In this document: one piece after another, positions 1-12,887 of the stretch
Numbering within the stretch: position 1 is the first letter of the stretch
How the letters are laid out: the number at the start of each line of letters is the position of its first letter
NCBI GenBank assembly: GCA_964438725.1
Contig: CAYTLG010000004.1
Location: forward strand, 1-32,618
Direction of reading: 5' to 3'
DNA length: 32,618 bases
Origin: an uncultured Ruminococcus sp.
GTDB taxonomy: Bacteria; Bacillota; Clostridia; Oscillospirales; CAG-272
Position numbers and translations under genes: made by a program
The notes under the pieces: model-generated
The model's database searches: none
What the model saw: the letters and a program-made list of their open reading frames with translations, nothing else
What the model was told of the DNA's origin: nothing

Positions 1-2
1 CC

Positions 3-341
3 TATATGCAGATGGTTCCCGTAACAGTTGAAGACCCCGAAATGAGCGGTCACGTACTCGACGTTCTTGCAGCTGCTTCTCACGATACCGTTGTTGACGC
101 ATACGTAAACGTAACTCTTTCCGGTAAGGTTGCACGTGATGCTGACACAGTTCGTATGCTCCGTCTCGTATTCGATAACCTCGCATACAACATTCACTTC
201 ACATCTGTTCCGATTCGTTCCACAATTTCTTCTGCTGTAACAAGCGGTAACGAAAACCTTGCTTCTACTCTCAAGAAGATTTCCAAGGCTACAGTAAAGA
301 CACTCAACAAGACAAACGAAGAGTTCTTTAACGAAGACTAA
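3..341 (+). CDS. C-terminal part of an extracellular solute-binding (lipo)protein; 5' end lies outside the window
   Basis: Frame is open from the window edge. VPVTVEDPEMSGHVLDVLAAASHDTVVDAYVNVTLSGKVARDADTVRML aligns by eye with IPSYCQNTELAGFVLDALNATSHNTVRYAYVEKALKYKNSRDEESLTSI in 20430..21923. Confidence 0.75.
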   Translation, partial: YMQMVPVTVEDPEMSGHVLDVLAAASHDTVVDAYVNVTLSGKVARDADTVRMLRLVFDNLAYNIHFTSVPIRSTISSAVTSGNENLASTLKKISKATVKTLNKTNEEFFNED

Positions 342-347
342 TTAATC

Positions 348-390
348 AAAAAAACAGCATCTCCATTCATTTGGGGGTGCTTTTTTGTTT
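348..390 (+). terminator. Rho-independent terminator
   Basis: Stem GCATCTCCA/TGGGGGTGC (with G-U pairs) followed by TTTTTTGTTT, just after the stop at 341. Confidence 0.8.
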
Positions 391-480
391 TCCTTTCGGG
401 ATATAAATCCGTCGTATCGGAGTAGAACATAATGACACTCATGTATATAATGATAATATACTTACAGAAAGGCGAACATC

Positions 481-1257
481 ATGGAAGTAATTTTCGGAAT
501 ACTGATACCATTTATCGGAACATCACTCGGAGCCGCCTGTGTATATCTAATGAAGCAGGAAATGAGTGAAAAAATCAAGCGTGCTCTCACGGGATTTGCA
601 GCAGGAGTCATGGTTGCCGCATCTATATGGAGTTTGATAATCCCGGCTATTGAACAGTCAGCATTCATGGGCAGACTTTCGTTTTTGCCTGCTGTTATCG
701 GATTTTGGTCGGGTATATTGTTTTTGCTGCTCCTTGACAAGGTAATACCGCATCTTCATTCAGGAAGTCGCAAGGCCGAAGGTGTACAAAGCACGCTTGC
801 AAAAACCACAATGATGGTACTTGCAGTCACGCTTCACAATATCCCTGAAGGAATGGCAGTCGGGGTGGTTTATGCAGGTCTTGTTTCGGGTGAAGCTCAT
901 ATCAGTGCTGCCTCAGCTCTTGCTCTATCTGTCGGAATTGCAATACAGAATTTTCCTGAGGGTGCTATTATATCAATGCCACTGAGAAGTGAGGGTATGG
1001 GAAAGACAAAAGCGTTTACCTGTGGTGTTCTCTCAGGTATTGTTGAACCGATATTTGCCGCAGTTACCGTTTTGATATACGGATTTATAACCTCCGCTCT
1101 TCCCTATCTTCTCACCTTTGCCGCAGGAGCTATGATTTATGTCGTCGTGGAGGAACTCATTCCCGAAATGTCGCAGGGTGAGCATTCTGATATCGGAACT
1201 ATATTCTTCGCAGTCGGATTCAGTATAATGATGATGCTGGACATAGCTCTCGGTTAA
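481..1257 (+). CDS. ZIP (ZupT/GufA) family divalent metal transporter
   Basis: Multiple hydrophobic helices; ZIP motifs FAAGVM, VTLHNIPEG, IAIQNFPEG and FAAGAMIYVVVEELIPE. Confidence 0.93.
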   Translation: MEVIFGILIPFIGTSLGAACVYLMKQEMSEKIKRALTGFAAGVMVAASIWSLIIPAIEQSAFMGRLSFLPAVIGFWSGILFLLLLDKVIPHLHSGSRKAEGVQSTLAKTTMMVLAVTLHNIPEGMAVGVVYAGLVSGEAHISAASALALSVGIAIQNFPEGAIISMPLRSEGMGKTKAFTCGVLSGIVEPIFAAVTVLIYGFITSALPYLLTFAAGAMIYVVVEELIPEMSQGEHSDIGTIFFAVGFSIMMMLDIALG

Positions 1258-1287
1258 CGATTAATTCAGTAAAATCACCACAAACTG

Positions 1288-1316
1288 TTGATTATTTCGC
1301 ACAATTATGGTATATT
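1288..1316 (+). promoter_or_regulatory. SigA-type promoter for the SGNH esterase-GH2 operon
   Basis: TTGATT-17 bp-TATATT with TG extension; RBS AAAGGAG upstream of ATG 1350. Confidence 0.55.
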
Positions 1317-1349
1317 AGTCTCAAACAATGATAAAGGAGACTATTTCAA

Positions 1350-2417
1350 ATGAAAATCGGAGATATTGACAAGAATCTTGCTGTAAACACCGACATTCCT
1401 TTTGATGATATAGTATGGCTTGATTCAAAAGATGCTCCAATACGTATACACGGTCTTGCAGTACACGAACACGGAAAAAGTTTTCTTCGTATGCCGCAAA
1501 ATGTAGCAGATAAAGTATCGGGTGGAGTTGCTTCTTTAAACGGACATACAGCAGGCGGCAGAATACGTTTTGCTACCGATTCCCCATATATTGCGATACG
1601 TGCCGTAATGCCCGACAACGGAACAATGCCACATATCACAATGCTTGGTCAGTCAGGCTTTGATTTATACGTGACTGTTGACGGCAAAGAAAGCTACTCC
1701 GGCTCATTCATGCCTGCAAATCGAAAGCACGGTTATTCTTCATGGAAGCCGACCGATTCTAAAATGCACACGTACACAATAAATATGCCACTGTACGACC
1801 CCGTTGAAGAGGTGTATATCGGTCTTGCTTCATCCGCAAATATAGCAGAGCCTGAAGATTACAAATATACCTGCCCTGTCGTTTATTATGGTTCATCTAT
1901 AACTCAGGGAGGTTGTGCTTCCAGACCAGGCAACTCATATCAGGCATTGATAACACGTATGCTCTCGTGTGACCATATCAATCTCGGATTTTCGGGAAAC
2001 GCTCATGGCGAACCTGTCATAGCAAAATACATCGCTTCTCTCGAGCAGTCTGTATTTGTGTGCGACTATGACCACAACTCCGTAAATCCGCAGGAACTTT
2101 GGGAACGTCACTATCCGCTTTATGAAACATTCCGCAAGGCTCAGCCGAAAACTCCCGTGATTTTTGTTACCAGACCCGATTTTCATCCTGACAACAACGA
2201 TGAGGTTGAACGCCGTAAAGCAGTGATTGCTACATACGAACGTGCAAAAGCAAACGGTGATGAAAATGTATATTTTATCGACGGTGCGACAATATTCGAT
2301 GGTGAATTCCGTGACAGCTGTACAGTTGACGGATGTCACCCGAACGACCTCGGATTTTCAAGAATGGCTCTTGTAATTGGCAAAGCAGTAGAAAAAGCTC
2401 TCACGAGTAAAGAATAA
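1350..2417 (+). CDS. SGNH/GDSL hydrolase with GxDLY-type N-terminal domain (probable acetylesterase)
   Basis: N-terminal GFDLY motif, YGSSITQG (block I Ser), NLGFSGNA, YDHN, and DGCHP (DxxH). Confidence 0.88.
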   Translation: MKIGDIDKNLAVNTDIPFDDIVWLDSKDAPIRIHGLAVHEHGKSFLRMPQNVADKVSGGVASLNGHTAGGRIRFATDSPYIAIRAVMPDNGTMPHITMLGQSGFDLYVTVDGKESYSGSFMPANRKHGYSSWKPTDSKMHTYTINMPLYDPVEEVYIGLASSANIAEPEDYKYTCPVVYYGSSITQGGCASRPGNSYQALITRMLSCDHINLGFSGNAHGEPVIAKYIASLEQSVFVCDYDHNSVNPQELWERHYPLYETFRKAQPKTPVIFVTRPDFHPDNNDEVERRKAVIATYERAKANGDENVYFIDGATIFDGEFRDSCTVDGCHPNDLGFSRMALVIGKAVEKALTSKE

Positions 2418-2433
2418 TACAACGGAGGAAAAA

Positions 2434-4752
2434 ATGAGACAGAAAATAAACATCGACGAAGGCTGGCTCTTTCACAGAGGTGATATCGTCAGAAAAAGAC
2501 CTATAGTAAAGGGACCTATCTACACAGGAGCAAAAACTGTTCGTGAAAGATGGGGTGCAGCCTCATATGACTATAACGACAACCCCGATGATTACAGACA
2601 GGGCGTAGAATACAACCCCGAATACTGGAAAAGAGTATCTCTCCCGCATGACTTTGTACTTGAGGGTGAGTTTGACCAGAATGAAAACAACGCACTCGGT
2701 TATCTCAAGTATGACAACGCATGGTACCGCAAGCACTTCTGGATTTCCGAGGACGACAGAAAATACCGTATCACTCTCTATTTCGAGGGAGTCAGCGGTC
2801 AGTCAACAATATATGTAAACGGATGCCCTCTCTACCACAATTTCAGCGGCTACACTTCATTTGAAGTAGACATCACCGATTTCGTTCTCTTTGACCGTGA
2901 CAACATCATAGCGGTTTACATAGACTCTTCTCACCACGAAAGCTGGTGGTATGAGGGCGGCGGTATCTATCGTCATGTATGGCTCGTTAAAACCGCTCCT
3001 ATATGCGTTGACCTTTGGGGTGTATACATCAAACCAAAAAAAATTAACGAACACGACTGGAGTACCGATGTTTCAGTGACTCTCAAAAACACGACATCTG
3101 CCGCTGTTGATGCTGTTGTAAAGACTAAATTCATCGACGAAAACGGAAATGAAGCTGGAGAATGCTCTACAACCACAACACTTGCTCCACGTACAGATAC
3201 AACAGTTGACTATGGCACAGTAGTATCCGACCCGATTCTCTGGCAGGTACGAGACGGTCATATATACAAGGCTGTTACGACTGTCACCGTTGGAGATGAA
3301 GAAATAGACTGTGTAAGCGACACATATGGATATCGTGAAGTAGTATGCGACCCGAACCACGGACTTTTCGTAAACGGACGACATGAGAAGATTTGTGGTG
3401 TTTGCGGACACTACGACTGCGGACTTGTCGGAAAAGCCGTTCCCGATAATATTTTCAGATACAAGGTAAAAATGCTCTGCGACATGGGTGCAAACGGTTA
3501 CAGAACAAGCCACTACCCTCAGTCAGAAGCTCTCATGGATGCACTTGATGAAAGCGGATTTATTGTACTTGATGAAATTCGCTGGTTCACGTCCTCCAAA
3601 GAAGGTCTGGAACAGCTCGAAATGCTCATAAAGCGTGACCGCAATAGACCCTCCGTATTCTTCTGGTGTATCGGTAATGAGGAAATGCTTTTCGCAGAAG
3701 AAAGAGGTAGACGCATACTTGAATCACTTCTTGCGAGAACACGTCAGCTTGACTCTACCCGTCCTGTTACCGCAGCCTGCGACCGTCCCGACAACTCAAC
3801 GGTATACGACAATCTTGACATCGTAGGAATCAACTACGGTCTTGATTCATATGATGCAGTTCATGCTAAATTCCCCGAAAGAGCGGTAGTTTCTACTGAA
3901 TGCTGTGCTACCTCAACCACACGTGGCTGGTATTACGATGACTTCCCGCAGATGGGACTTACTCATTGCTACGACCGTGACTCCAGCGACTGGTTCAGAG
4001 GTCGTGAACGCACATGGAAATTTGTGGCTGAACGTGAATGGGTAATGGGTTCATATCAATGGATAGGCTTTGACCACAGAGGTGAAACCGTATGGCCTCG
4101 TCTCTCCTCTTGCTCAGGTGCAATTGATATGTTCCTCCTCAAAAAGGATGCATTCTGGCACAACAAGGCACTTTGGACAAGCGAACCTATGATACACCTT
4201 CTCCCCCACTGGAACCATCCCGGTCATGAGGGTGAAAAGCTCAGAGTATGGGCATACACAAACTGTGATTCCGCTGAACTTTTCGTTGACGGAGAAAGCC
4301 GCGGCAAACTTGAGCTTGAGCCTTACGACCATGCCGCATGGGAAGTTGAATATCACCCCGGCAAAATTGAAGTCGTAGGCTACAAGGACGGTCGTGAATG
4401 CTGTCGTGAGGCACATGAAACTACCGGAAAACCTGTCGCTCTTCGTCTCAGATGTGAAACTCCCGATGTAAAGGTAGGAGATACCGCAATTTACACCTGC
4501 TACACACTCGACAGCGACGGTCGTGAAGTTCCGACAGCCGACCCGACAGTACGTTTTGAGGTAAACGGAATCGGTACAATAGTTGGCACCGGCTCTGCGG
4601 TATTCGACCATGAACCTGTAAAATCAAATATTCGCAAGATGTTCGCCGGAAAGATATCCATTGCTGTAAAGTGCAACAGACCCGGCACACTCAGACTTTA
4701 CGCACACGCTGACGGACTCGACTCCGCAAGATGTGACGTTGAGCTTAACTAA
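2434..4752 (+). CDS. Glycoside hydrolase family 2 (beta-galactosidase/beta-glucuronidase-like) with C-terminal Ig-like domains
   Basis: LPHD, YFEGV, GYTSF, WWYEGGGIYRHVWL, YRTSHYP, RDRNRPS, GNEE (acid/base), STEC (probable nucleophile), LLPHWN; RBS GGAGG; no signal peptide visible. Confidence 0.92.
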   Translation: MRQKINIDEGWLFHRGDIVRKRPIVKGPIYTGAKTVRERWGAASYDYNDNPDDYRQGVEYNPEYWKRVSLPHDFVLEGEFDQNENNALGYLKYDNAWYRKHFWISEDDRKYRITLYFEGVSGQSTIYVNGCPLYHNFSGYTSFEVDITDFVLFDRDNIIAVYIDSSHHESWWYEGGGIYRHVWLVKTAPICVDLWGVYIKPKKINEHDWSTDVSVTLKNTTSAAVDAVVKTKFIDENGNEAGECSTTTTLAPRTDTTVDYGTVVSDPILWQVRDGHIYKAVTTVTVGDEEIDCVSDTYGYREVVCDPNHGLFVNGRHEKICGVCGHYDCGLVGKAVPDNIFRYKVKMLCDMGANGYRTSHYPQSEALMDALDESGFIVLDEIRWFTSSKEGLEQLEMLIKRDRNRPSVFFWCIGNEEMLFAEERGRRILESLLARTRQLDSTRPVTAACDRPDNSTVYDNLDIVGINYGLDSYDAVHAKFPERAVVSTECCATSTTRGWYYDDFPQMGLTHCYDRDSSDWFRGRERTWKFVAEREWVMGSYQWIGFDHRGETVWPRLSSCSGAIDMFLLKKDAFWHNKALWTSEPMIHLLPHWNHPGHEGEKLRVWAYTNCDSAELFVDGESRGKLELEPYDHAAWEVEYHPGKIEVVGYKDGRECCREAHETTGKPVALRLRCETPDVKVGDTAIYTCYTLDSDGREVPTADPTVRFEVNGIGTIVGTGSAVFDHEPVKSNIRKMFAGKISIAVKCNRPGTLRLYAHADGLDSARCDVELN

Positions 4753-4764
4753 ATAAGGCATAAC

Positions 4765-4808
4765 AAAAAGCCGTACTTCAGATTTTCTCCGAGGTACGGC
4801 TTTTATTT
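4765..4808. terminator. Bidirectional intrinsic terminator between convergent GH2 genes
   Basis: AAAAAGCCGTACTTC ... GAGGTACGGCTTTT inverted repeat with A and T tails. Confidence 0.85.
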
Positions 4809-4840
4809 ATTCAGTTATATTTGAGTCGGAAAACGACCGA

Positions 4841-7996
<3,156 letters not shown>

Positions 7997-8039
7997 CAGG
8001 TTAAATTATAGCAGAACACCACAAGAAAGGAACATTTTT

Positions 8040-8813
8040 ATGAGAATATCAATGATAGGAACCAGCCACGGAGTTCCCGAACCGCACAGACGCTGTTCTT
8101 GCAACATGATAACTGTCGGAGAAGGAAAAAACGCAAGACGATATTTCATCGACATGGGTTCATCCGCTGCAATCGAAGAGCTTATCACAAGACACTACCC
8201 CATTGAATCCACAAAAGCAATCTTCTTCACTCATATGCACGGTGACCACACTCACGGAGCTATACAGTTCATTGACCTTTGCGACTGGTATTTCAAAAAT
8301 GTACAGCTCAAGGTGTACTTCCCCGATGGTGAGGGGATAAACGCACTCAAGCATTGGCTCGGAGCTTGCAATCAGGCAATCCGCAACGGTGAATGGTTTG
8401 AACCATCCGATTTTAATTTCAGAGAAGGTATTGAACTCGGCGTTTGTAATGAAGGACTTATGTATGACGACGGATTTATTAAGGTAACCGCATACAGAAC
8501 CGCACACTGCAAAACCTCATACTCATATCTCGTTGAAGCTGATGGACAGCGTGTACTATTCTCCGGAGACCTTTCTGCTGACCCCGAAAACGACTTCCCC
8601 TTTGAAGCTGCAGTAAACTGCGACCTCATTATTTGTGAAAACGCACACTTCTCACCTGAAAAGCTCGAAAATGTTCTCAGAAAGTGCGATTCCAAGCAGT
8701 TCATAGTAAACCACTATTCCAAAACATGGCACCGTGGACTTCTTGAAATGGTAGGAAGAATGAAACCCATCCCCGTTACCCTTGCAAATGACGGAATGGA
8801 AATTGAGCTTTGA
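8040..8813 (+). CDS. Metallo-beta-lactamase fold hydrolase, RNase Z/ElaC-AtsA-like (probable phosphodiesterase or sulfatase)
   Basis: GTSHGVP..RR, IDMG, THMHGDH (HxHxDH), AH, FSGD, NHYS. Start moved to ATG 8040 (RBS AAAGGA) because the ORF-track TTG at 7968 is the -35 hexamer. Confidence 0.82.
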   Translation: MRISMIGTSHGVPEPHRRCSCNMITVGEGKNARRYFIDMGSSAAIEELITRHYPIESTKAIFFTHMHGDHTHGAIQFIDLCDWYFKNVQLKVYFPDGEGINALKHWLGACNQAIRNGEWFEPSDFNFREGIELGVCNEGLMYDDGFIKVTAYRTAHCKTSYSYLVEADGQRVLFSGDLSADPENDFPFEAAVNCDLIICENAHFSPEKLENVLRKCDSKQFIVNHYSKTWHRGLLEMVGRMKPIPVTLANDGMEIEL

Positions 8814-8826
8814 TTTTCACATAAAC

Positions 8827-8872
8827 ACAAAAGACCGTACCCTTATTTTTAAAGGTAAACGGTCTTTTTTGT
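8827..8872. terminator. Bidirectional intrinsic terminator
   Basis: ACAAAAGACCGT ... ACGGTCTTTTTTGT inverted repeat between convergent genes. Confidence 0.85.
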
Positions 8873-8889
8873 TATTTACAGTTCAAAGT

Positions 8890-11190
8890 TCACAGCTCGA
8901 GCTTGCTTATAAGTGTCTGATAATAATCGTAGTCAATATCACGAATGTTCTCGAAATAGTGATTCATTCCGCTTCTGCCCTCACTGTCGCTCCAACGTAT
9001 GATGTAATATCGTTTTTCATCTCCAGCAGGAATTGAGCATACAGGTGTACTTGTATCGGATGTGGAGCGAGTTTTTCCGGATATTACCACATTTCCGCGG
9101 TCATCTTCTACTGTGTAGAAAATAACAACATCGTCCCTTGTATCATTTACGGCATAAAGTGTAAGTTTTCCGTCATTCGGTTCATCGAACATCATAGAAA
9201 ATGGCTTTTGTGACTGCTTTATGTAGTAATATGCCAGCTTTTTGTCAAGGTAGTAGTCTACGACTGCATCGGATATCTGCGGCCATCCGTCAATAAGGTT
9301 CCACCAGATTATGCCTGTTCTTCTCCACTTAGAAAGTCTGAATCTCTCGATAAAGTATTTCTTTGCTTCTGCCTGTGATATCTGGCTTGCACGTGAGAAA
9401 TGCTCAAGGTCGGAAGTTGCAATACCCTCTCCGAACAATGTTACTACCTGATTCCACATAAGTCTGATTCGATATGTATACGGATCACTTCCGTCAGACA
9501 TCATGCAGGCTGCGTGGCATAACCAGTATTTATCATCGAGACAGCACCAGAGATGGTCTTGCGGAATGTACTTTGCAAGTGATTCTGGTGAGGGACAGCC
9601 ATGATATCCAGTTTCGGAGGCAAAATGGCACACGGTATTGCGGTAAAAGTCACCCTTGAAGTAGTCTCTGGGTCCCCAAAGATGATTTTCCGATATCTCA
9701 CCACCGTTTCTGTATGCTTCTTCATCCATGTAGGGTGAGGACGGCAAATACGGTCTTGTTGGGTCGAGATATGCAAGCTTTTCGGGAATTACTTCTCTTG
9801 TAAGCACATTTTTGTTTGGGTCACTGTTGTTGTCACCCCAATGATGAGCTTCATCGCATTCGTTATCCCCTGCCCAAAGTACGATTGAAGGATGATGTCT
9901 GAGCTGTTTTACGATTGCCTCGGTTTCATCTCCAAGCAGCTTTTTCAGCTTTTCGTCGTTCGGGTAGATTGCACACGCCATTGCGAAATCCTGCCATACC
10001 ATAATACCGTCACGGTCGCAGAAGTCGTAGAATTTTTCATTTTCATAAACATTTCCGCCCCAGCAGCGAACTATGTTACATCCGATATCGGTGAGCATGG
10101 GAAATATCATATCAAGGCGTTCTTCATCACGTGAATGATATGCATCTACGGGAACCCAGTTTGTACCCATTGCAAATACAGGCTTTCCGTTGAGTATGAA
10201 TCTGAACTCTCCGTTGCCGTTTTTGTCGGTCGTACTTGTTCTGTCGAGCTGAACTTCACGTATACCTGTATCAAACTCAAGTGTATGAACGACTTCATCC
10301 TTGTAATACAGCTTTGCAGTTACGTGATAGAGGTTCGCATTTCCATAATTTCTGCACCACCACAGTTTAGGATTCCATACGGTAGTTCCGCAGTTTCCGC
10401 CCGTATGCCAGAGTGGTGCTACACCTGCCCAAAATTCGCTGTCCTCGCATTTTCCGTTAATCTCTATGCGGTAGTCTCGTATGTCACCGCATTCTATACG
10501 ACAGTTGTAGTTTATTTTCAGGTCTGCTTTTTCCTCGTTTGCACGGCGTACAGCAACAAAAACATCCTTTATATAAGCAACAGGTCTTTCCTCAATGTAT
10601 ATATGTCTCCAGATACCTGCACTGACAGCACGACACATTATATCCCATCCATACATATGCGGAGCTTTTCTAACATACAAAGACTCGTTTGAATATCTCG
10701 TAGCCTGAGTATTTATCGGAATATCGTACTCTCTCGCCTTTATTGTGGCTGATGTCAAACGTACTGCAATCTCATGTTCACCTGCACTGAGACCTTTAAG
10801 TTCAAACTCGTGTGGTATCAGCATATTTTCGCTCTCGCCTACCAACACACCGTCAATAAACACCTCGGCAAAACAGTCTAATCCCTCACAAACAAGATAC
10901 GGATGCACGTTTTTTTCGGGTTCATACGTAAAGCGTCTGTAATACAGCTGATCCATATTTTCACAGTCGTACAGAGAATACACGTTGTCACCGTAGAATA
11001 TCTCACCGCATTTTCCCGCTCGCTCAAGGTCAAGCTCAAAGTTGCCGGGAACTTTCGCTGCAATTTTCATCAGTTCGGACTTTTCGGCTGCCTCACCTGT
11101 AACTATTCCACGGTCAAAATCGTAGTGATAACCGTATGCAAGTCTCCAGTCCCCATCAAGAGAAAGCCGTTTCAGATGATTTTGTTTCAT
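8890..11190 (-). CDS. GH2 beta-mannosidase-like glycosidase
   Basis: VPG, EGLDCFA, RKAPHMYGWD, GIWR, GTNWVP, VRCWGG, DRDGIMVWQDF, HHPSIVLWAGDNE, PYLPSSP, FASETG. Start placed at MKQNHL (ATG 11190) downstream of AAGGAGA. Confidence 0.88.
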   Translation of the reverse strand: MKQNHLKRLSLDGDWRLAYGYHYDFDRGIVTGEAAEKSELMKIAAKVPGNFELDLERAGKCGEIFYGDNVYSLYDCENMDQLYYRRFTYEPEKNVHPYLVCEGLDCFAEVFIDGVLVGESENMLIPHEFELKGLSAGEHEIAVRLTSATIKAREYDIPINTQATRYSNESLYVRKAPHMYGWDIMCRAVSAGIWRHIYIEERPVAYIKDVFVAVRRANEEKADLKINYNCRIECGDIRDYRIEINGKCEDSEFWAGVAPLWHTGGNCGTTVWNPKLWWCRNYGNANLYHVTAKLYYKDEVVHTLEFDTGIREVQLDRTSTTDKNGNGEFRFILNGKPVFAMGTNWVPVDAYHSRDEERLDMIFPMLTDIGCNIVRCWGGNVYENEKFYDFCDRDGIMVWQDFAMACAIYPNDEKLKKLLGDETEAIVKQLRHHPSIVLWAGDNECDEAHHWGDNNSDPNKNVLTREVIPEKLAYLDPTRPYLPSSPYMDEEAYRNGGEISENHLWGPRDYFKGDFYRNTVCHFASETGYHGCPSPESLAKYIPQDHLWCCLDDKYWLCHAACMMSDGSDPYTYRIRLMWNQVVTLFGEGIATSDLEHFSRASQISQAEAKKYFIERFRLSKWRRTGIIWWNLIDGWPQISDAVVDYYLDKKLAYYYIKQSQKPFSMMFDEPNDGKLTLYAVNDTRDDVVIFYTVEDDRGNVVISGKTRSTSDTSTPVCSIPAGDEKRYYIIRWSDSEGRSGMNHYFENIRDIDYDYYQTLISKLEL

Positions 11191-11239
11191 AAAGCTAACA
11201 TTTCTCCTTTTATCGAAGTTCACGTTATGATTTGAGCTT

Positions 11240-11268
11240 ATTATAAATCATTCTCACACGCTTTTCAA
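11240..11268 (-). promoter_or_regulatory. SigA-type promoter for the beta-mannosidase-like gene
   Basis: Minus strand TTGAAA-17 bp-TATAAT. Confidence 0.65.
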
Positions 11269-11365
11269 CAGTTTAAACAAACTTTTTGTACGACTTCAAT
11301 TTTAACCAACAAAACCACTACCATATCTTTTTATAGCATTAATTTATCAAAATCAACACAAGCTA

Positions 11366-11394
11366 TTGACAAACAAAAGATAAAATGCTATTAT
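11366..11394 (+). promoter_or_regulatory. SigA-type promoter for GH27
   Basis: TTGACA-17 bp-TATTAT with TG extension. Confidence 0.7.
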
Positions 11395-11448
11395 GAACTT
11401 GTGCAAATATGAAATTTAATTTTTTCTTATATATAAAGGAGAAACATT

Positions 11449-12570
11449 ATGTTATCACAAAGACCGCCTATGGGCTGGAACTCTTGGAACACTTTCGGTG
11501 GAGCTGTAAACGAACAGGTTATCCGTGACACCGTTGATGCTATCATTGAAAAGGGTCTCAAGGACGTTGGTTACGAATACGTTGTTATCGACGACTGCTG
11601 GGCACTCCGTAAGAGAAACGCTGAAGGCAAGATGGTTGCTGACCCTGCTAAGTTCCCCTCAGGTATGAAGGCTCTCGCTGAGTACGTTCACTCCAAGGGA
11701 CTCAAGTTCGGTATGTACTCCTGTGCAGGTACTCGTACTTGTGCCGGCTACCCCGGTTCTTTTGACTACGAATTCGTAGATGCTAAGACATTTGCAGAAT
11801 GGGACGTTGACTTCCTCAAGTACGACTTCTGTGCTATGCCCCATCTCGCTAACGGTCCTATCCTTTACAACAGAATGGGTATGGCTCTTAAGGCTAGCGG
11901 ACGTGAAATTCTCTTCTCTGCTTGCAACTGGGGTTCTGACTCCGTTGAAAAGTGGATTCGTTCTACCGGTGCTCATATGTATCGTTCCACAGGCGACATC
12001 AACGACAGCTTCAACAGCTTCAAGGATATCGCTATGAGCCAGGTTGACAAGATCGCATACTCCGGCCCCGGCTGCTACAATGACATTGATATGCTTATCT
12101 GCGGTATGTACGGTAAGGGTAACGTAGGTTACACCGGTGGATGCACAGATATCGAATATCGTACACACTTCGCTCTCTGGTGCCTCTTCCAGTCTCCTCT
12201 TATGATTGGCGGCGACCTCAACAAGCTCGACGACTTCAACCTTAACCTCCTCAAGAACAAGGAGCTCCTTGCTATCAACCAGGATGAAGAAGCTCGTCCT
12301 CCGATGATGGTTCGTGGCGGCAACAGACCTGTATTCTTCAAGCACCTCTCCGGCAACGAATACGCTCTCGCATTCTTCAACTTCGACGATAACGATGGTG
12401 AAGTAGGTGTTGAATTCTACGACCTCGGTCTTACTGTTGCTTCCAAGCACGCATTCAACTTCCGTGAAATCATCAGCGGTGAACAGATTGGTCGTGTTAC
12501 AGAAAATATGGACGTATTTGTTCCTTCTCACGACTGCAAGATTTTCCGCGGTACACTCGAACAGATCTAA
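11449..12570 (+). CDS. Alpha-galactosidase, GH27
   Basis: PPMGWNSWN, IDDCW, KFPSGM, GLKFGMYS, FLKYD (nucleophile), RSTGD (acid/base), NDIDML, SPLMIGGD, AINQD; RBS AAGGAG; no signal peptide. Confidence 0.94.
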   Translation: MLSQRPPMGWNSWNTFGGAVNEQVIRDTVDAIIEKGLKDVGYEYVVIDDCWALRKRNAEGKMVADPAKFPSGMKALAEYVHSKGLKFGMYSCAGTRTCAGYPGSFDYEFVDAKTFAEWDVDFLKYDFCAMPHLANGPILYNRMGMALKASGREILFSACNWGSDSVEKWIRSTGAHMYRSTGDINDSFNSFKDIAMSQVDKIAYSGPGCYNDIDMLICGMYGKGNVGYTGGCTDIEYRTHFALWCLFQSPLMIGGDLNKLDDFNLNLLKNKELLAINQDEEARPPMMVRGGNRPVFFKHLSGNEYALAFFNFDDNDGEVGVEFYDLGLTVASKHAFNFREIISGEQIGRVTENMDVFVPSHDCKIFRGTLEQI

Positions 12571-12584
12571 GTTACGAATAATTC

Positions 12585-12616
12585 AGAAGGGTGGGCGATG
12601 CTCACCTTTCTTTTTT
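12585..12616 (+). terminator. Rho-independent terminator after GH27
   Basis: AGAAGGGTGGGC-GAT-GCTCACCTTTCT hairpin followed by a T tract. Confidence 0.85.
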
Positions 12617-12621
12617 GAGAT

Positions 12622-12828
12622 ATGATTAATTATACAGTTCCTAAATGTAAAAAATGCGGTAAGGTACTCACAAATGACGAAATTGGCATACACAAGAAAA
12701 TGATAAACCGTGGTGCTACTGAGTTTTTCTGTCTGACCTGCCTTGCTGAAGCGACTCACACGACAGAAGAAAAGCTACTTGCACGTATCGAACATTTCCG
12801 TCGTCAGGGTTGTATCTTATTCCTATAA
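12622..12828 (+). CDS. Small Cys-rich hypothetical protein (putative zinc-binding, CxxC...CxxC)
   Basis: 68 aa with CKKC, CLTC and a C-terminal GCILF; fills the gap exactly between two terminators; RBS is weak. Confidence 0.7.
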   Translation: MINYTVPKCKKCGKVLTNDEIGIHKKMINRGATEFFCLTCLAEATHTTEEKLLARIEHFRRQGCILFL

Positions 12829-12887
12829 ATAAAAAAACATGCGTGAACTTGAGTTGGACTCAAAAGCCACGCATGTTTTTTTTATTT
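12827..12887. terminator. Long bidirectional terminator hairpin
   Basis: AAATAAAAAAACATGCGTG...TGAGT-TGG-ACTCA...CACGCATGTTTTTTTTATTT between convergent genes. Confidence 0.85.

Noticed and set aside
481-1257. ZIP transporter as a dedicated metal supplier for the nearby metalloenzymes
   Set aside because: Common housekeeping gene; the downstream genes have their own promoter and nothing in the sequence links them.
11659-12531. 290-aa ORF antisense to GH27
   Set aside because: Its V/E-rich composition mirrors the sense-strand codon bias (TTC, AAC, GAC); no independent evidence.
12827-12887. Long hairpin as sRNA, REP or MITE
   Set aside because: Single copy between convergent stop codons with A and T tails; a bidirectional terminator explains it.
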